From: Patescibacteria group bacterium
GTDB lineage: Bacteria > Patescibacteriota > Microgenomatia > UBA10105 > UBA927
NCBI GenBank assembly: GCA_041753515.1
Contig: JBGSUE010000045.1
Location: forward strand, 2,027-66,026
Direction of reading: 5' to 3'
DNA length: 64,000 nt
Shown here: in pieces, positions 41,950 through 52,819 of the stretch
Numbering within the stretch: the stretch's first letter is position 1
Layout: each line of letters opens with the position of its first letter
Translations under genes and position numbers: made by a program
The notes under the pieces: generated by a model
The model's database searches: none
What the model saw: the letters and a program-made list of their open reading frames with translations, nothing else
Told to the model about the DNA's origin: nothing

Positions 41950-42771
41950 CTATGCATGTTTTACATGTTCGGCATGTTCCCCATGTGCAACCGCAACACT
42001 TAAAAATACGGCTGTAAGCATAGAAAAAACCAGGGCTTGGATAAATCCGACAAACAGCTCCAGTGCCAAAAAAGGCAGCGGCACGATATACGGCATGAGA
42101 AAAGCCATAACGGCAAGCAGAACCTCTCCGGCGAATATATTGCCAAATAGCCGGAATGCAAAAGATATGATTTTTGATGTTTCAGAAATAATTTCAAGAA
42201 TTCCGATGAAAAAATTAATGGGATTTGATATATCGATAAATCGCGTCGTGTAGGCAGCTCCGATCGTCCTGAAACCGAAATACTGTATGGCAATGACGGC
42301 GACAATCGCAATAGCCAGCGTCGTATTCACATCTGCTGTAGCCCCCCGCAGAAGCGGGGTAAATGCAGGCTGATGGTCCTTGGTTTCTTCTTCGTGAACA
42401 ACCGGCTCACCATGTACTACTTCAGGATTCTCCGATGTAATCTCTGGAGTATGGAAAAATCCGACTGTACCGACACCGGGTAATAGTCCAACCCAATTAG
42501 CAACGATGACGAAAATGAAAATCGACATAAGAAGGGGAAAAAACGTTTTCGTATGCTTTCCCGTAATTGCACCGAAAAATGAATAAAAACCTCCGATGAT
42601 CATTTCAGCGATAAGTTGGGTGTTTCCCGGCACTTTATTCACCGATCTGGTTGCCGCCCAGGAAAGATAAAAAATAATTCCCATCACGATCCATGTGGTG
42701 AGCAGTGAGTTGGTGATGGGAAACCCCCAAAGGCTTGCGATTTTTTCAGCAGCGATAGATATATGTAACAT
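41950..42771 (-). CDS. atpB: ATP synthase Fo a subunit
   Basis: LRLFGNIFAGEVLL conserved Arg helix. Confidence 0.9.
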   Translation of the reverse strand: MLHISIAAEKIASLWGFPITNSLLTTWIVMGIIFYLSWAATRSVNKVPGNTQLIAEMIIGGFYSFFGAITGKHTKTFFPLLMSIFIFVIVANWVGLLPGVGTVGFFHTPEITSENPEVVHGEPVVHEEETKDHQPAFTPLLRGATADVNTTLAIAIVAVIAIQYFGFRTIGAAYTTRFIDISNPINFFIGILEIISETSKIISFAFRLFGNIFAGEVLLAVMAFLMPYIVPLPFLALELFVGFIQALVFSMLTAVFLSVAVAHGEHAEHVKHA

Positions 42772-42776
42772 GCTTG

Positions 42777-43028
42777 TTATCTGCCAATAAGTTCTAATAT
42801 TTTTTTAATAAAACCTGCCAATGCTAATGCTGACCCGATTGCAATTCCGGCAGTTGTGTGGCCACTGTACCTCCCAACCAAACCGCCGATCACTATCGGT
42901 ATAATAATAGCATATCCTATGTTGGCAACAGTTCCCAAATCCTGAAATACATTTTCAGTCCGAACAACTCTCTTCTTTGTATCAGAGAGCTTCAGCCAGT
43001 CATCAGTACTATCTTCCATGACATCCAA
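42777..43028 (-). CDS. AtpZ/AtpI-like small membrane protein upstream of the atp operon
   Basis: 83 aa, two TM helices, operon position. Confidence 0.4.
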   Translation of the reverse strand: MDVMEDSTDDWLKLSDTKKRVVRTENVFQDLGTVANIGYAIIIPIVIGGLVGRYSGHTTAGIAIGSALALAGFIKKILELIGR

Positions 43029-43112
43029 ATCAAAAAACCAGCACTTCTATTACTGGTCCTCAGCAATTGTAAATTGTCAACATTCCAAAAGTCAATGCAC
43101 ATCCGTGATGTA

Positions 43113-46100
43113 TCAGACGAGCATATGAACATCATCAACAATAAGGGTCAACCGTCCATCTTTTTCATTCACTTTTCCTTTAACATAGACTGGCTGATCC
43201 TTCCGCCAGCTATTGACTGTTGCCGCATACGTTTTCGGGAATACGACCAACTCAATAGACCCGGACTGATCCTCCAGCCGGACAAATGCCATCTGAGCAC
43301 CGGATGATTTGGTTGTAATGTGTTTGATATCACGCGGCAATCCGCCGACAAGTATAAAATCTCCAACCTGAGCCTGTGATATCTCGGATATCACAGTTGC
43401 ATTCAACGCTGTGAGTTTACTTGTGTACTTTTCCATCGGATGCGCACTCAGATAAAAACCAAGAAGCTCTTTTTCCCATGTAAGAAGGGTCGATGAGTCA
43501 AGATCATCAACAACAGGAAGGCTATCAGGCAATGTGTTGTGAGACTCCGAAACGTCATCAAACAATCCTCCCTGACCTGCATCTTTCGTTTTCTTTATTT
43601 TATGCGAACGGTCAATAAGATCAGGCAGGACTGACAGGATCGAACTCCTGGCCCCGAATCTGTCCATAGCACCGGCTTTCGTCAGGCTTTCAAGAGTTTT
43701 ACGGTTGACTTTCTGCGAATCAACCCGCGAAATAAAATTACCGATTCCGGTAAACGGCCCATCACTCTTGCGTGTTTCAATAATACTTTCGATTGCTGCT
43801 GCTCCTACGTTCTTAACAGCAGACAGCCCAAAACGGATTTGACTCCCTTCAATGGTAAAGTCAATTCCGGATCCATTGATATCCGGAGTGAGAATATCAA
43901 TTCCCATGCGCTTACACTCACCGACGATGAGCGGAATTTTTTCCTCCCGGGCCGGACCTGTATTGGCACGAGATTCCGCCGAAAGCACTGCTGTCATATA
44001 TTCGACCGGGTAATTCGCTTTCAAATACGCCGTTTGGTACGCAATAATTGCGTAGCAGGCTGCATGGGCTTTGTTGAATCCGTATCCGGCAAACGGTTCA
44101 ATAAGATGGAAAATATCTTCCGCTTTCGTCTGCGACAATCCGTTTTTTACACAACCGGAGACAAACTTCTCTTTTTGCTTCTTCATTTCCGTGGGAATTT
44201 TCTTTCCGACAGCTTTCCTGAGTTTGTCTGCATCACCCCATGAATATCCGGCCAGCGTGATTGCCGTTAACAATACATCATCCTGATAGCAGATGAGGCC
44301 GTAGGATTGTTTGAGCACTTCTTCAAGCCGGGGATCAGGGTAGGTGATCGGTCCCGTCCTGTGTTTGCGGGCAATAAATTCGGGGAATACCTGCATCGGA
44401 CCTGGCCGGAAAAGGGCAACCATAGCCATCAGGTCAAATATCGATGAAGGCTGTAACTCTTTAATATATCTGCGCATTCCCCGCGACTCGAGCTGAAATA
44501 CTCCGGTCGTTTCCCCGCTTGAAAGCATCTTGTACGTTTTTTCATCATCATACGGAAGTGTTGACAGATCCAGATCGATACGTTTGGTCATTTTGATAAA
44601 CTTGAGCGCTTCGGACATGATCGTAAGATTGCGAAGTCCCAAAAAATCCATTTTGAGAAGCCCAACCCCGTCTTCGCCGACCGTATACATGTCATACTGT
44701 GTTGTAATCTTCTCGCCTTTGGATTCCCTCTGAAGCGGTGTGTATTCTTCCAATGGTTTATCCGCAATCACAACTCCCGCAGCATGTACCGATACATGCC
44801 GCGCAACTCCCTCCAATTTTTTGGCAACATCCAGAAGCTTTTTGGTATCCGGTTCAGTGCGGTAAGCAAGCGAAAGTTCGGGAGATTGGATGAGGGCCTG
44901 TTCGATCGTCATGGACCCCCCCTGAAATCCCGGAGGAATCATGCGTGCAATCCTGTCCGGTTGTGAGTATGGCATGCCCAGAGCCCGGCCGGCGTCCCTG
45001 ACTGCCCCTTTTGCCTCCATCGTGCCGAATGTGCAGATCTGTGCAACTTTGTCTGCACCGAATTTTTCCGTTACATAGGCAATGACTTCATCCCGCCGGT
45101 CATCGGCAAAATCAAGATCAATGTCCGGAGGACTGGGGCGGTATGGGTTGAGAAACCGTTCAAACGGCAGCCGGAAATACAAAGGATCGACACCGGTGAT
45201 CCGCAATATATATGACACAATTGAACCGGCACCGGAGCCCCGACCGGGTCCCACGCCAATACCGTGGTCCTTTGCCCAATTGACGAAATCCTGGACAATC
45301 AGAAAATACGTTGCATATCCTTTCGAATTGATAATAGTGAGTTCGTACTCAATCCGATCTTTCACTTCATCCGACAGATCTTTATACCTTTCCCGAACCC
45401 GTTCATACACCATGTGACGCAACAGGCTTTCAGACGTTTCGTCTTTCGGCAACGGATATTTCGGCAGGATCCATTTTCCCACAGACAGGTTGAGCGAGCA
45501 CATATCGGCAATGCGCCGGGTATTCTGGAGTGCTTCAGGATATTGAGCAAACGCTGCTTCCATCTCATCGGCGCTTTTAAGATAAAAATCGGGAGACCCG
45601 ATCATACTCATCTTGCGGTTTTTATCAAGAATCGTTGTCTGTGTTCCCACACAGAGAAGAATCTCCTGGGCTTCAGCATCGTCCGCATTTATGTAATGTG
45701 CATCGTTGGTGGCAACAAGCGGCAGACTCAATTTCCTGGCCAGTTTTACAAGTTCGTCATTCACTTGAACCTGTTCTTTTATCGCAGGATGCGATTGTAG
45801 TTCAATATAATAATGATCCGGTCCGAACAGTTCAGAATAGTTTTTTGCGGTCTTTTCCGCTTCGGCATATTTACCCTCCAATACAAGTCGCGGAATCTGT
45901 CCCTGAAGGCATGCGGACATGCAGATGACACCGTCATGATGTTTCGTCAATAAATCCCAGTCGATCCGTGGCTTGTAATAAAACCCTTCCAGATGGGCGA
46001 CCGTCACCATTTTCATGAGGTTCTTGTATCCTGTTTCGTTTTCTGCCAGAAGCACCAGGTGGTAGGGATGCGTATCGATATTTGCTTCCTTATCACGCAA

Positions 46101-46322
46101 ACTGCGTCTGGCAACATAGACTTCTACACCGATTATCGGCTTAATGCCGGCAGCTTTGGCTTTGAGGTAAAACTTGAAAGAACCGTACATGGCTCCGTGA
46201 TCGGTAATAGCCAGAGCATCCATCCCCAGTTCTTTCGTGCGGGCTATCAGGGGATCCAGCTTCCCCAACCCGTCCAGCAGTGAATATTCGCTATGGCAAT
46301 GAAGATGGACAAATTGAGACAT
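43113..46322 (-). CDS. dnaE: DNA polymerase III alpha subunit
   Basis: PHP-domain start HLHCHSEYSLLDG, 1069 aa, OB-fold C-terminus. Confidence 0.95.
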   Translation of the reverse strand: MSQFVHLHCHSEYSLLDGLGKLDPLIARTKELGMDALAITDHGAMYGSFKFYLKAKAAGIKPIIGVEVYVARRSLRDKEANIDTHPYHLVLLAENETGYKNLMKMVTVAHLEGFYYKPRIDWDLLTKHHDGVICMSACLQGQIPRLVLEGKYAEAEKTAKNYSELFGPDHYYIELQSHPAIKEQVQVNDELVKLARKLSLPLVATNDAHYINADDAEAQEILLCVGTQTTILDKNRKMSMIGSPDFYLKSADEMEAAFAQYPEALQNTRRIADMCSLNLSVGKWILPKYPLPKDETSESLLRHMVYERVRERYKDLSDEVKDRIEYELTIINSKGYATYFLIVQDFVNWAKDHGIGVGPGRGSGAGSIVSYILRITGVDPLYFRLPFERFLNPYRPSPPDIDLDFADDRRDEVIAYVTEKFGADKVAQICTFGTMEAKGAVRDAGRALGMPYSQPDRIARMIPPGFQGGSMTIEQALIQSPELSLAYRTEPDTKKLLDVAKKLEGVARHVSVHAAGVVIADKPLEEYTPLQRESKGEKITTQYDMYTVGEDGVGLLKMDFLGLRNLTIMSEALKFIKMTKRIDLDLSTLPYDDEKTYKMLSSGETTGVFQLESRGMRRYIKELQPSSIFDLMAMVALFRPGPMQVFPEFIARKHRTGPITYPDPRLEEVLKQSYGLICYQDDVLLTAITLAGYSWGDADKLRKAVGKKIPTEMKKQKEKFVSGCVKNGLSQTKAEDIFHLIEPFAGYGFNKAHAACYAIIAYQTAYLKANYPVEYMTAVLSAESRANTGPAREEKIPLIVGECKRMGIDILTPDINGSGIDFTIEGSQIRFGLSAVKNVGAAAIESIIETRKSDGPFTGIGNFISRVDSQKVNRKTLESLTKAGAMDRFGARSSILSVLPDLIDRSHKIKKTKDAGQGGLFDDVSESHNTLPDSLPVVDDLDSSTLLTWEKELLGFYLSAHPMEKYTSKLTALNATVISEISQAQVGDFILVGGLPRDIKHITTKSSGAQMAFVRLEDQSGSIELVVFPKTYAATVNSWRKDQPVYVKGKVNEKDGRLTLIVDDVHMLV

Positions 46323-47260
46323 TATAATCTTTCATTCGAAAATACAATTTTCGATTCATCAATTGTTTCATAAACAATTTGATTCTTTTTCTTATACGCC
46401 AGTTTATATACAACACCATCATTAATTTTCTCGGCTACCACAACTGATATTTTATTTTTACTTGTTCTGTGAATTTGTTTTGCGATATTCGATGCATGCT
46501 CAGCCCGTGAATAGATTATATCAACAGTATCATTTTCATCGGAAATTGTAACACCGAGATCCATAACAGGATGCAATAATTCTTCTCGCTGAGATGTACC
46601 AATCTGGAGCCTACTGTTATGAACGATCCTTATAACCCGTAAAGCTGATTCTACTGTCGCATCCAGATTCGACAAAGTATGATCAACTCTCCTATCCATA
46701 ACATTTGGTAAAACAACACCAAATTCATCACCACCATACCTGCAAACTTCATCTTGTTGCCTAAAATTAGTTTGTAAAGTTTTTCCTACTTTTTTTAAGA
46801 CTCGGTCACCAGTTAAATGACCATGTGAATCATTAATAGATTTAAATTTATGTACATCCCCGAGAATAAGTCCTGTAGGAGCTTTATCTCGTTTATCACC
46901 ACAAAGATTATGTTCCAGCACAAATTCAAACTTCAGTCTGTTTCCACATCCTGTTAACGCATCAGTTTCGGCTGCTTTTCTATTTTGTTCGGACGCATCA
47001 GCCGATGCTGTTAGTACATAATCAGTTCCGCGTTTTTCCAATATTTTTAGTGCATCCTTACTGACTACAACACCATTTTTCAAATCTTTATTAGATACAC
47101 CATCAGTCGTTTTGACTATCGTATTTGCTTCCTCATGAGCGACAAGCGGATCAAGTATCATACCCCTCACTTCACCCTTTTTTGTATTTTTTCGTCCACG
47201 TACAACTCCCGAATCAATAAGTGGCTTTGGAATTTCTATTTGCTGTCTGTGTTCACTCAT
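46322..47260 (-). CDS. GGDEF-domain diguanylate cyclase with N-terminal uncharacterised region
   Basis: [11 protein letters not shown] active site and [12 protein letters not shown]. Confidence 0.85.
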   Translation of the reverse strand: MSEHRQQIEIPKPLIDSGVVRGRKNTKKGEVRGMILDPLVAHEEANTIVKTTDGVSNKDLKNGVVVSKDALKILEKRGTDYVLTASADASEQNRKAAETDALTGCGNRLKFEFVLEHNLCGDKRDKAPTGLILGDVHKFKSINDSHGHLTGDRVLKKVGKTLQTNFRQQDEVCRYGGDEFGVVLPNVMDRRVDHTLSNLDATVESALRVIRIVHNSRLQIGTSQREELLHPVMDLGVTISDENDTVDIIYSRAEHASNIAKQIHRTSKNKISVVVAEKINDGVVYKLAYKKKNQIVYETIDESKIVFSNERL

Positions 47261-48614
47261 ATTTTTTTAATTTTTCAAGAATTAATTGTTGTAACTGTAC
47301 AATTTCTATTTTTTTATCTGATTTTTTCATCACCTGACCCACGAGAAACATCATGACCTGGGTTTTGCCGGATTTGTAGTCTGCGACGGCCTTGGGGTTG
47401 GCGGCCAGAACTTCTTTCACAATTTTTTCAAGCTCCACATCGTCAACATCGACAGTTTTTGATGCTTCCACAATCCTCTCAACGAGTTTTGCAGACATCA
47501 CCTCATCAATGTCAATTTTCCGGTTGATCATCCAGTTGGCGATCTTTTTGGGTGACAGATCCCGCCCAACCCGTACGGCTTCCTCAAAATAATCGGCAAC
47601 TGCAGCCGATTCGGTCAGTTGTGCGCTGTCTTGAGCATTGAGAACATAGTCAGACTCAAACCGTTTCCGTTTAGCATCGGGCAATTCTGGCAAGGTGGAC
47701 CTTAGAGTGCTGATAAATTCATCGGTCCAGACAAACGGCGGAATATCGGGTTCAGGAAAATACCGGTAATCATCTGCCTCTTCTTTACTTCGTTGTGGCA
47801 CTGTTTCATTTTTCCCTTCATTCCATCCGCGGGTTTCCTGCTTGGGCGTTTCCCCTTTTTCCAAGAGTCCGATATGGCGTTTTGTCTCATAATCAATCGC
47901 CTTTTTCACAAAAGTATACGAGTTGATATTTTTCACTTCCACTTTATATGATGGCATTTTTTGAGATTTGGGATTTGGAACTTGGGATTTCATCACGGAT
48001 ATATTCGGCTCGCACCGCATGCTTCCCTTCTCCATGTCACAATCTGAAATATCCAAGTACCTGATGATCTGGGTCAGTTTTTTGAGATATGCTTTAGCGT
48101 GATCGCCGGAGAGGATATCCGGTTCTGTCACGATCTCCACAAGCGGCACACCGCTTCTGTTGAAATCGATAAGCGTTATGGGTTGGGTGTTGAGCGTTGT
48201 GTGAATGAGTTTTCCGGTATCTTCCTCCAGGTGGACCCTGCGGATACGGACGTCACCGTAGTCCGTTTCCACACAGCCGTTCACACAAAACGGCTGGTCG
48301 TACTGGGAAATCTGATAGCCTTTGGGAAGATCCGGATAAAAATAATTTTTCCGGTCGAATTTGGACTCCAGGGGAATGTCACAACCAAGCGCCAATCCTA
48401 AACGGATTGTCCATTCAATGGCTTTGCGGTTTGGGACAGGAAGGGCGCCAGGTAAACCCAAACAGACCGGACATGTGTAGATATTGGGTTTATCCGCAAA
48501 AAACGGATCGTTCTTGCAGCCACAGAACATCTTTGATTTGGTTTTCAGTTCGACATGCACTTCCATGCCAACGATTGTTTGGTATGTTTTATTCATATAG
48601 TTATTTTGTGTCAA
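47253..48614 (-). CDS. gatB: Asp-tRNA(Asn)/Glu-tRNA(Gln) amidotransferase subunit B
   Basis: [23 protein letters not shown] start, GatB/YqeY C-terminal domain. Confidence 0.95.
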   Translation of the reverse strand: MTQNNYMNKTYQTIVGMEVHVELKTKSKMFCGCKNDPFFADKPNIYTCPVCLGLPGALPVPNRKAIEWTIRLGLALGCDIPLESKFDRKNYFYPDLPKGYQISQYDQPFCVNGCVETDYGDVRIRRVHLEEDTGKLIHTTLNTQPITLIDFNRSGVPLVEIVTEPDILSGDHAKAYLKKLTQIIRYLDISDCDMEKGSMRCEPNISVMKSQVPNPKSQKMPSYKVEVKNINSYTFVKKAIDYETKRHIGLLEKGETPKQETRGWNEGKNETVPQRSKEEADDYRYFPEPDIPPFVWTDEFISTLRSTLPELPDAKRKRFESDYVLNAQDSAQLTESAAVADYFEEAVRVGRDLSPKKIANWMINRKIDIDEVMSAKLVERIVEASKTVDVDDVELEKIVKEVLAANPKAVADYKSGKTQVMMFLVGQVMKKSDKKIEIVQLQQLILEKLKKYE

Positions 48615-48627
48615 GCCGAACGTATTA

Positions 48628-48700
48628 TTGTCATGCCGAATTTATTTCGGCATCTCGTTTAAAACCAGATCCTGAAACAAGTTCAGGATGACATGTGTCA
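48628..48700. repeat. two-hairpin palindromic repeat module (copy A) between gatB and the aaRS gene
   Basis: ATGCCGAA-TTTAT-TTCGGCAT and ATCCTGAA-ACAAG-TTCAGGAT hairpins with GTCAT/GACAT flanks and CTCGTT. Confidence 0.6.
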
Positions 48701-48702
48701 CG

Positions 48703-49959
48703 TTACGGCTTAAACCGGTCCAAAATTCTAGGAAACGGAATAGTTTCACGGACATGATCAAGTTTGCATATCCAGGCTACCAGCCGTTCCAGTCCTACCC
48801 CAAACCCCGAATGCGGGACGCTCCCGTATTTTCGCAAATCCAGATACCATCCGTAATCATCCAATGAATAACCGTGCTCTTTTATCCGCTTGAGAAGTAT
48901 ATCGTACGAATCTTCCCTCTGACCTCCGCCGATAATTTCTCCATACCCTTCAGGCGCCAGAAGATCACCGGCAAGGGCGCGACTTTCGTTTTTCGCGTCC
49001 CGCTTAAAATAAAATGCCTTAAAAGCTGTAGGGAAATGCGTCACAAAGAGCGGCCGGTCGAAATGCGTCATAAGCATCGTCTCGTCATCGTTGCCGAAAT
49101 CTTCACCCTCTTTGATGTCGCTTCCCAGTTCATGAAGTTTTTGTAGAGACTCTTCATATGTCATACGGATAAATGGCTCAGTTGATGCTTTTTCAAGAAG
49201 CACCGTATCCCTGCCGATCATTTCAAATTCCGTTCTATTTTCCGTTAATACAGTTTTCAGGATATGTTTAATCAAGCGCTCCTGAATCAAAAGATTTCCC
49301 TCGAAATCCACAAACGCCGCCTCCGCATCCATCATCCAGAACTCAATAAGATGCCTGCGGGTTTTGGATTTTTCAGCCCTCATGATCGGGCCGAAATCAT
49401 AGACCCGCCCAAAACTTGCAATTGCTGCCTCCAGATACAGCTGTCCGGATTGCGTGAGATATGCTTTCTCTCCGAAATAGTCAAGCTCGAAAAGCGTTGT
49501 CGTGCCTTCGCATGCGGAGGGAGTAATAATGGGTGAATCAAACCGGATGAAACCGTCAGTATGTAAAAATTCCTCAATTGCCCGGTATATCCGGTCACGT
49601 ATGCGCAAAATTGCCCATTGCCTGCGGCTCCTGATCCAAAGATGGCGATTGGACAATAAGAAGTCGGGGCCATGCTCTTTTTTGCCGATTGGAAATTCCT
49701 CAGTCACTAACTGCACAATCTCTAAACTTTTTACGCTTAACTCTTTCCCTCCCGGTGCCCGTGGTTCGTCATGAATATCACCGGATACGCGGATTGACGA
49801 TTCAAGAGTCAAAGATTGTGCGCATGTAAATATTTCTTCTGATACGTCACTTTTCACTACTGTTGCCTGCAGAAACCGTTTTCCATCCCGAATATGCAGA
49901 AAAATGATCCCGCCGCTTGAGCGCTTGTTATACACCCATCCTTGAATTGTCTGTTTCAT
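48703..49959 (-). CDS. class IIb aminoacyl-tRNA synthetase, AsnRS or archaeal-type (possibly non-discriminating) AspRS
   Basis: OB anticodon-binding N-terminus (GWVYNKRSSGGIIFLHIRDG), class II motifs (FRAE-like RAEKS, GFGLGLERL); start moved to MKQT, which overlaps the gatA stop as ATGA. Confidence 0.8.
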   Translation of the reverse strand: MKQTIQGWVYNKRSSGGIIFLHIRDGKRFLQATVVKSDVSEEIFTCAQSLTLESSIRVSGDIHDEPRAPGGKELSVKSLEIVQLVTEEFPIGKKEHGPDFLLSNRHLWIRSRRQWAILRIRDRIYRAIEEFLHTDGFIRFDSPIITPSACEGTTTLFELDYFGEKAYLTQSGQLYLEAAIASFGRVYDFGPIMRAEKSKTRRHLIEFWMMDAEAAFVDFEGNLLIQERLIKHILKTVLTENRTEFEMIGRDTVLLEKASTEPFIRMTYEESLQKLHELGSDIKEGEDFGNDDETMLMTHFDRPLFVTHFPTAFKAFYFKRDAKNESRALAGDLLAPEGYGEIIGGGQREDSYDILLKRIKEHGYSLDDYGWYLDLRKYGSVPHSGFGVGLERLVAWICKLDHVRETIPFPRILDRFKP

Positions 49960-51365
49960 AATTTTGGCCTCCGTGTATGCCAATGGGTACTCTGTTGATA
50001 TGCATATCCCAGCTGCAACAATGTACTTTCAGAAAACATTTTCCCGACAAGCTGCATTCCGATTGGTAATCCTCCAGCGCTGAATCCGCATGGAATCGCG
50101 AGAGACGGTACACCAATGAGATTAATAAAACCTGTATACAGGTCCGCCATCATATTTTTAATCGGATCATCAAGTAGTTCACCAAATATCGGCGGAAGTG
50201 ACGGATTAACCGGAGCGATGATTGCATCATACTTTTTCAACGTCTCGGTATACGCAACTCTCAGCAGAGTTCTTGCACGTTGCGCCTTTTTATAATATGC
50301 ATCGTAATACCCTGAGGAAAGTGTGTATGTCCCCAACATAATTCGACGTTGGGTATCTTTCGTAAATACATCCCTATTCTTTCCGAATCGGATACCATCA
50401 TATCGAGCTAAGTTTGAACTCGTCTCGCTGGATACAATTATGTAGTACATGGGAACTCCGTATTCAAGCATGGGAAGTGATATTTCTTCAATAGAAACCC
50501 CAAGGGATTCCCAAATCTTTATGGAGTCAAAAATTGCGGATTTATTCTCAGGATCTAAACCTTCACCAAAATATTCTTTTGGAAGTGCCAATTTTTTTCC
50601 TTTTACAGATTCACCCAAACATTCTGTATACTTGGGTACCTCCCTGCGTGAACTTGTTGCATCATATGGATCAAAGCCAGCAATTTGTTCAAGAACCAAT
50701 GCACAATCATACGCTGAACGGGCTGTCGGCCCCATAGTGTCAAGTGATGAAGCGTACGCGATGGCTCCGTATCTTGATACACGACCATATGTTACTTTCA
50801 GTGCACTAATATTATTCCATGCGGCCGGATTTCTAATCGAACCCCCGGTATCTTCTCCTATGGCAAACGGACAATATCCTGCAGCTACTGCGGCTGCTGG
50901 TCCTCCCCCAGACCCGCCGGTACTTCGATTCACATCCCAAGGATTTCTGGGAATGGGATAATCAGTATTTTCATTTGTGGCACCATGACCCCAGGCATCC
51001 ATACTCATTTTCCCCAACAATAGTGCACCCGCATCAACCAATCGTTTATATACCGTAGCGCTATATGGCGGGATAAAATCGTTTAATAGTATAGATCCGG
51101 CCGTCGTACGCAGCCCGTGTGTAACATAGGCATCTTTCATCACAAAGGGAATACCAAAAAGCGGTAATTCTCTACCCTCACGATTTCTGTCCAACTGTTT
51201 CGCTTTGTCTAACAGTATATTTTTATCAATCAAAGATATACATGCATGAATCTGAGGTTCAAGTCTTTCGATTTGTTGATAATAAGCAGAAACCAATTCT
51301 GTAATAGATAGTTCACGCGAGCGAATTCGCTGTACTAAATCGGATATCGATAAATCGAATAACAT
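49956..51365 (-). CDS. gatA: Glu-tRNA(Gln)/Asp-tRNA(Asn) amidotransferase subunit A
   Basis: Amidase signature (GGSSGG-like GGSGGGPAAAVAAG), GatA N-terminus MLFDLSISDLV; start approximate (about +/-3 nt). Confidence 0.9.
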   Translation of the reverse strand: MLFDLSISDLVQRIRSRELSITELVSAYYQQIERLEPQIHACISLIDKNILLDKAKQLDRNREGRELPLFGIPFVMKDAYVTHGLRTTAGSILLNDFIPPYSATVYKRLVDAGALLLGKMSMDAWGHGATNENTDYPIPRNPWDVNRSTGGSGGGPAAAVAAGYCPFAIGEDTGGSIRNPAAWNNISALKVTYGRVSRYGAIAYASSLDTMGPTARSAYDCALVLEQIAGFDPYDATSSRREVPKYTECLGESVKGKKLALPKEYFGEGLDPENKSAIFDSIKIWESLGVSIEEISLPMLEYGVPMYYIIVSSETSSNLARYDGIRFGKNRDVFTKDTQRRIMLGTYTLSSGYYDAYYKKAQRARTLLRVAYTETLKKYDAIIAPVNPSLPPIFGELLDDPIKNMMADLYTGFINLIGVPSLAIPCGFSAGGLPIGMQLVGKMFSESTLLQLGYAYQQSTHWHTRRPKL

Positions 51366-51366
51366 A

Positions 51367-51675
51367 CTATGTTTCGGAAAATACTGCAGGAACAACAAAA
51401 AAACCATTATATACGTGAGATGCATTTGCGAGGGCTTCTTCTTGGGATAACATTCGTGAATTATCTATCTCATCTTCCCGGAATACGTTTGTAAGTCCGG
51501 TAACCTGGGAAGTTTCAACAACCTGTTCAGTTCGCAAAGACTGAAGCTGTGAAACATAATGCACAGTAATGCTTATTTGTTTAGCTAATTCCATCGTCTG
51601 TTCAGGTGTAATAGGCAAATGAGCAAGTTTAGCGATGTGTTGAACCTCTTCCAATGGAATTGTCGACTGTTTCAT
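51367..51675 (-). CDS. gatC: amidotransferase subunit C
   Basis: ~100 aa, MKQSTIPLEEVQHIAKLAHL start, directly upstream of gatA. Confidence 0.75.
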   Translation of the reverse strand: MKQSTIPLEEVQHIAKLAHLPITPEQTMELAKQISITVHYVSQLQSLRTEQVVETSQVTGLTNVFREDEIDNSRMLSQEEALANASHVYNGFFVVPAVFSET

Positions 51676-51730
51676 AAATTTTATATAAACTCCTGAGTGT
51701 ATGTGAATCATTATAGCGTATAATAGACAT

Positions 51731-52024
51731 ATGCAAAAATACCAGGAATTCTACACGAGGATGATCGATGAAAACGAAAAAGCATTCAGCGCATTTTTTG
51801 ATATCCATGATAAATATTCTGCGTGTCCGGCAGTCTACCAGGATGAATTTACGAGGATTGGAAGGGAAATTCAGGACATCATCCGGGACTATGAAAGAAA
51901 ACTCTGCGGTCACAGCGAAAAAGGCATGTACAGCAAATTTTCCCAAAACCTGTCCGAAAAATTCTGGGGATTAGTCCGCAAAGATTTCCCCAAAATCGAC
52001 TTTGTGGGGGTAAAGATTTCCTGA
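51731..52024 (+). CDS. hypothetical small protein
   Basis: 97 aa ORF, no motif recognised. Confidence 0.3.
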   Translation: MQKYQEFYTRMIDENEKAFSAFFDIHDKYSACPAVYQDEFTRIGREIQDIIRDYERKLCGHSEKGMYSKFSQNLSEKFWGLVRKDFPKIDFVGVKIS

Positions 52025-52106
52025 TATACTTCATCCGACTGCCTCAAGAACGTTAAAAAAACCGCACAACTAAGTATTCTTCGCTTAAATAGAAAGGATT
52101 TCACCC

Positions 52107-52529
52107 ATGCTACGAAATAAATACGTAATCATCGGCTGTTTGCTGCTTTGCACAATCTGTTTGTATTTCACAAAAATCCATATAACGGACGGTCTGGATA
52201 CCCGGACGCTTTTCTGGATGATCGGCGGATTTCTCACAAGCCTTGTGCCGTTCGCCGCCCTGCTCAATTACATCTTTTCCCAATATCAATCATCCCCATC
52301 ACCGAATACATCATGGGCAATCATGAACAGAACCAACAATGACACCACCCTGGAAATTATCATTGTATGTACACTGTTCGGTATGCTGTGGACATGGATA
52401 TTAAGCTGGAATCCCAGTCCGACTGAGATGTATACTATGATACTTAGGATCATAGGAATCCTGACATTGGCCAGCGGTCTCATGGCGTTTATCATGTATG
52501 CAATCATGGGCGAACGGGACGCAGATTGA
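52107..52529 (+). CDS. small membrane protein (4 TM)
   Basis: Hydrophobic helices; followed by a hairpin plus T-tract at 52545-52606. Confidence 0.45.
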   Translation: MLRNKYVIIGCLLLCTICLYFTKIHITDGLDTRTLFWMIGGFLTSLVPFAALLNYIFSQYQSSPSPNTSWAIMNRTNNDTTLEIIIVCTLFGMLWTWILSWNPSPTEMYTMILRIIGILTLASGLMAFIMYAIMGERDAD

Positions 52530-52544
52530 GCACTGAAAGTAAAA

Positions 52545-52606
52545 AATCCACAATCTTTTAGTGTGGGGCAATTTCAGGTTGTGCGGTTTTTTACTTTAAC
52601 TGTATA
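52545..52606 (+). terminator. hairpin plus GCGGTTTTTTAC T-tract (copy of the AAGATTGTGCGGTTTTTTACTTT motif)
   Basis: CCACAATC ... GGTTGTGCGG imperfect stem followed by TTTTTT. Confidence 0.4.
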
Positions 52607-52819
52607 AATTCCTATGTATAAAAATCTTCCATGAGGTACACCCGGATGAGAAATATTTCTTGACTCTTGCATTAATTCTTATCGAGTATCTATAATACCA
52701 CTCCCTGCCGGCTCGTTTACAAACCGCACAATCTTTACATTCAACATCACGGGGAGTAACACATATTCATGACTGCAGAGTATATGTAGACTCCTCATGA
52801 TGAAAAAAATGGAGAACCC

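Noticed and set aside
47935-47995. gagatttgggatttggaacttgggattt repeat-like stretch resembling the 9280-9310 repeat
   Set aside because: It lies inside the gatB reading frame (encoding [10 protein letters not shown]) at a variable-loop position. There is only DNA-level similarity, with no flanking inverted repeat.
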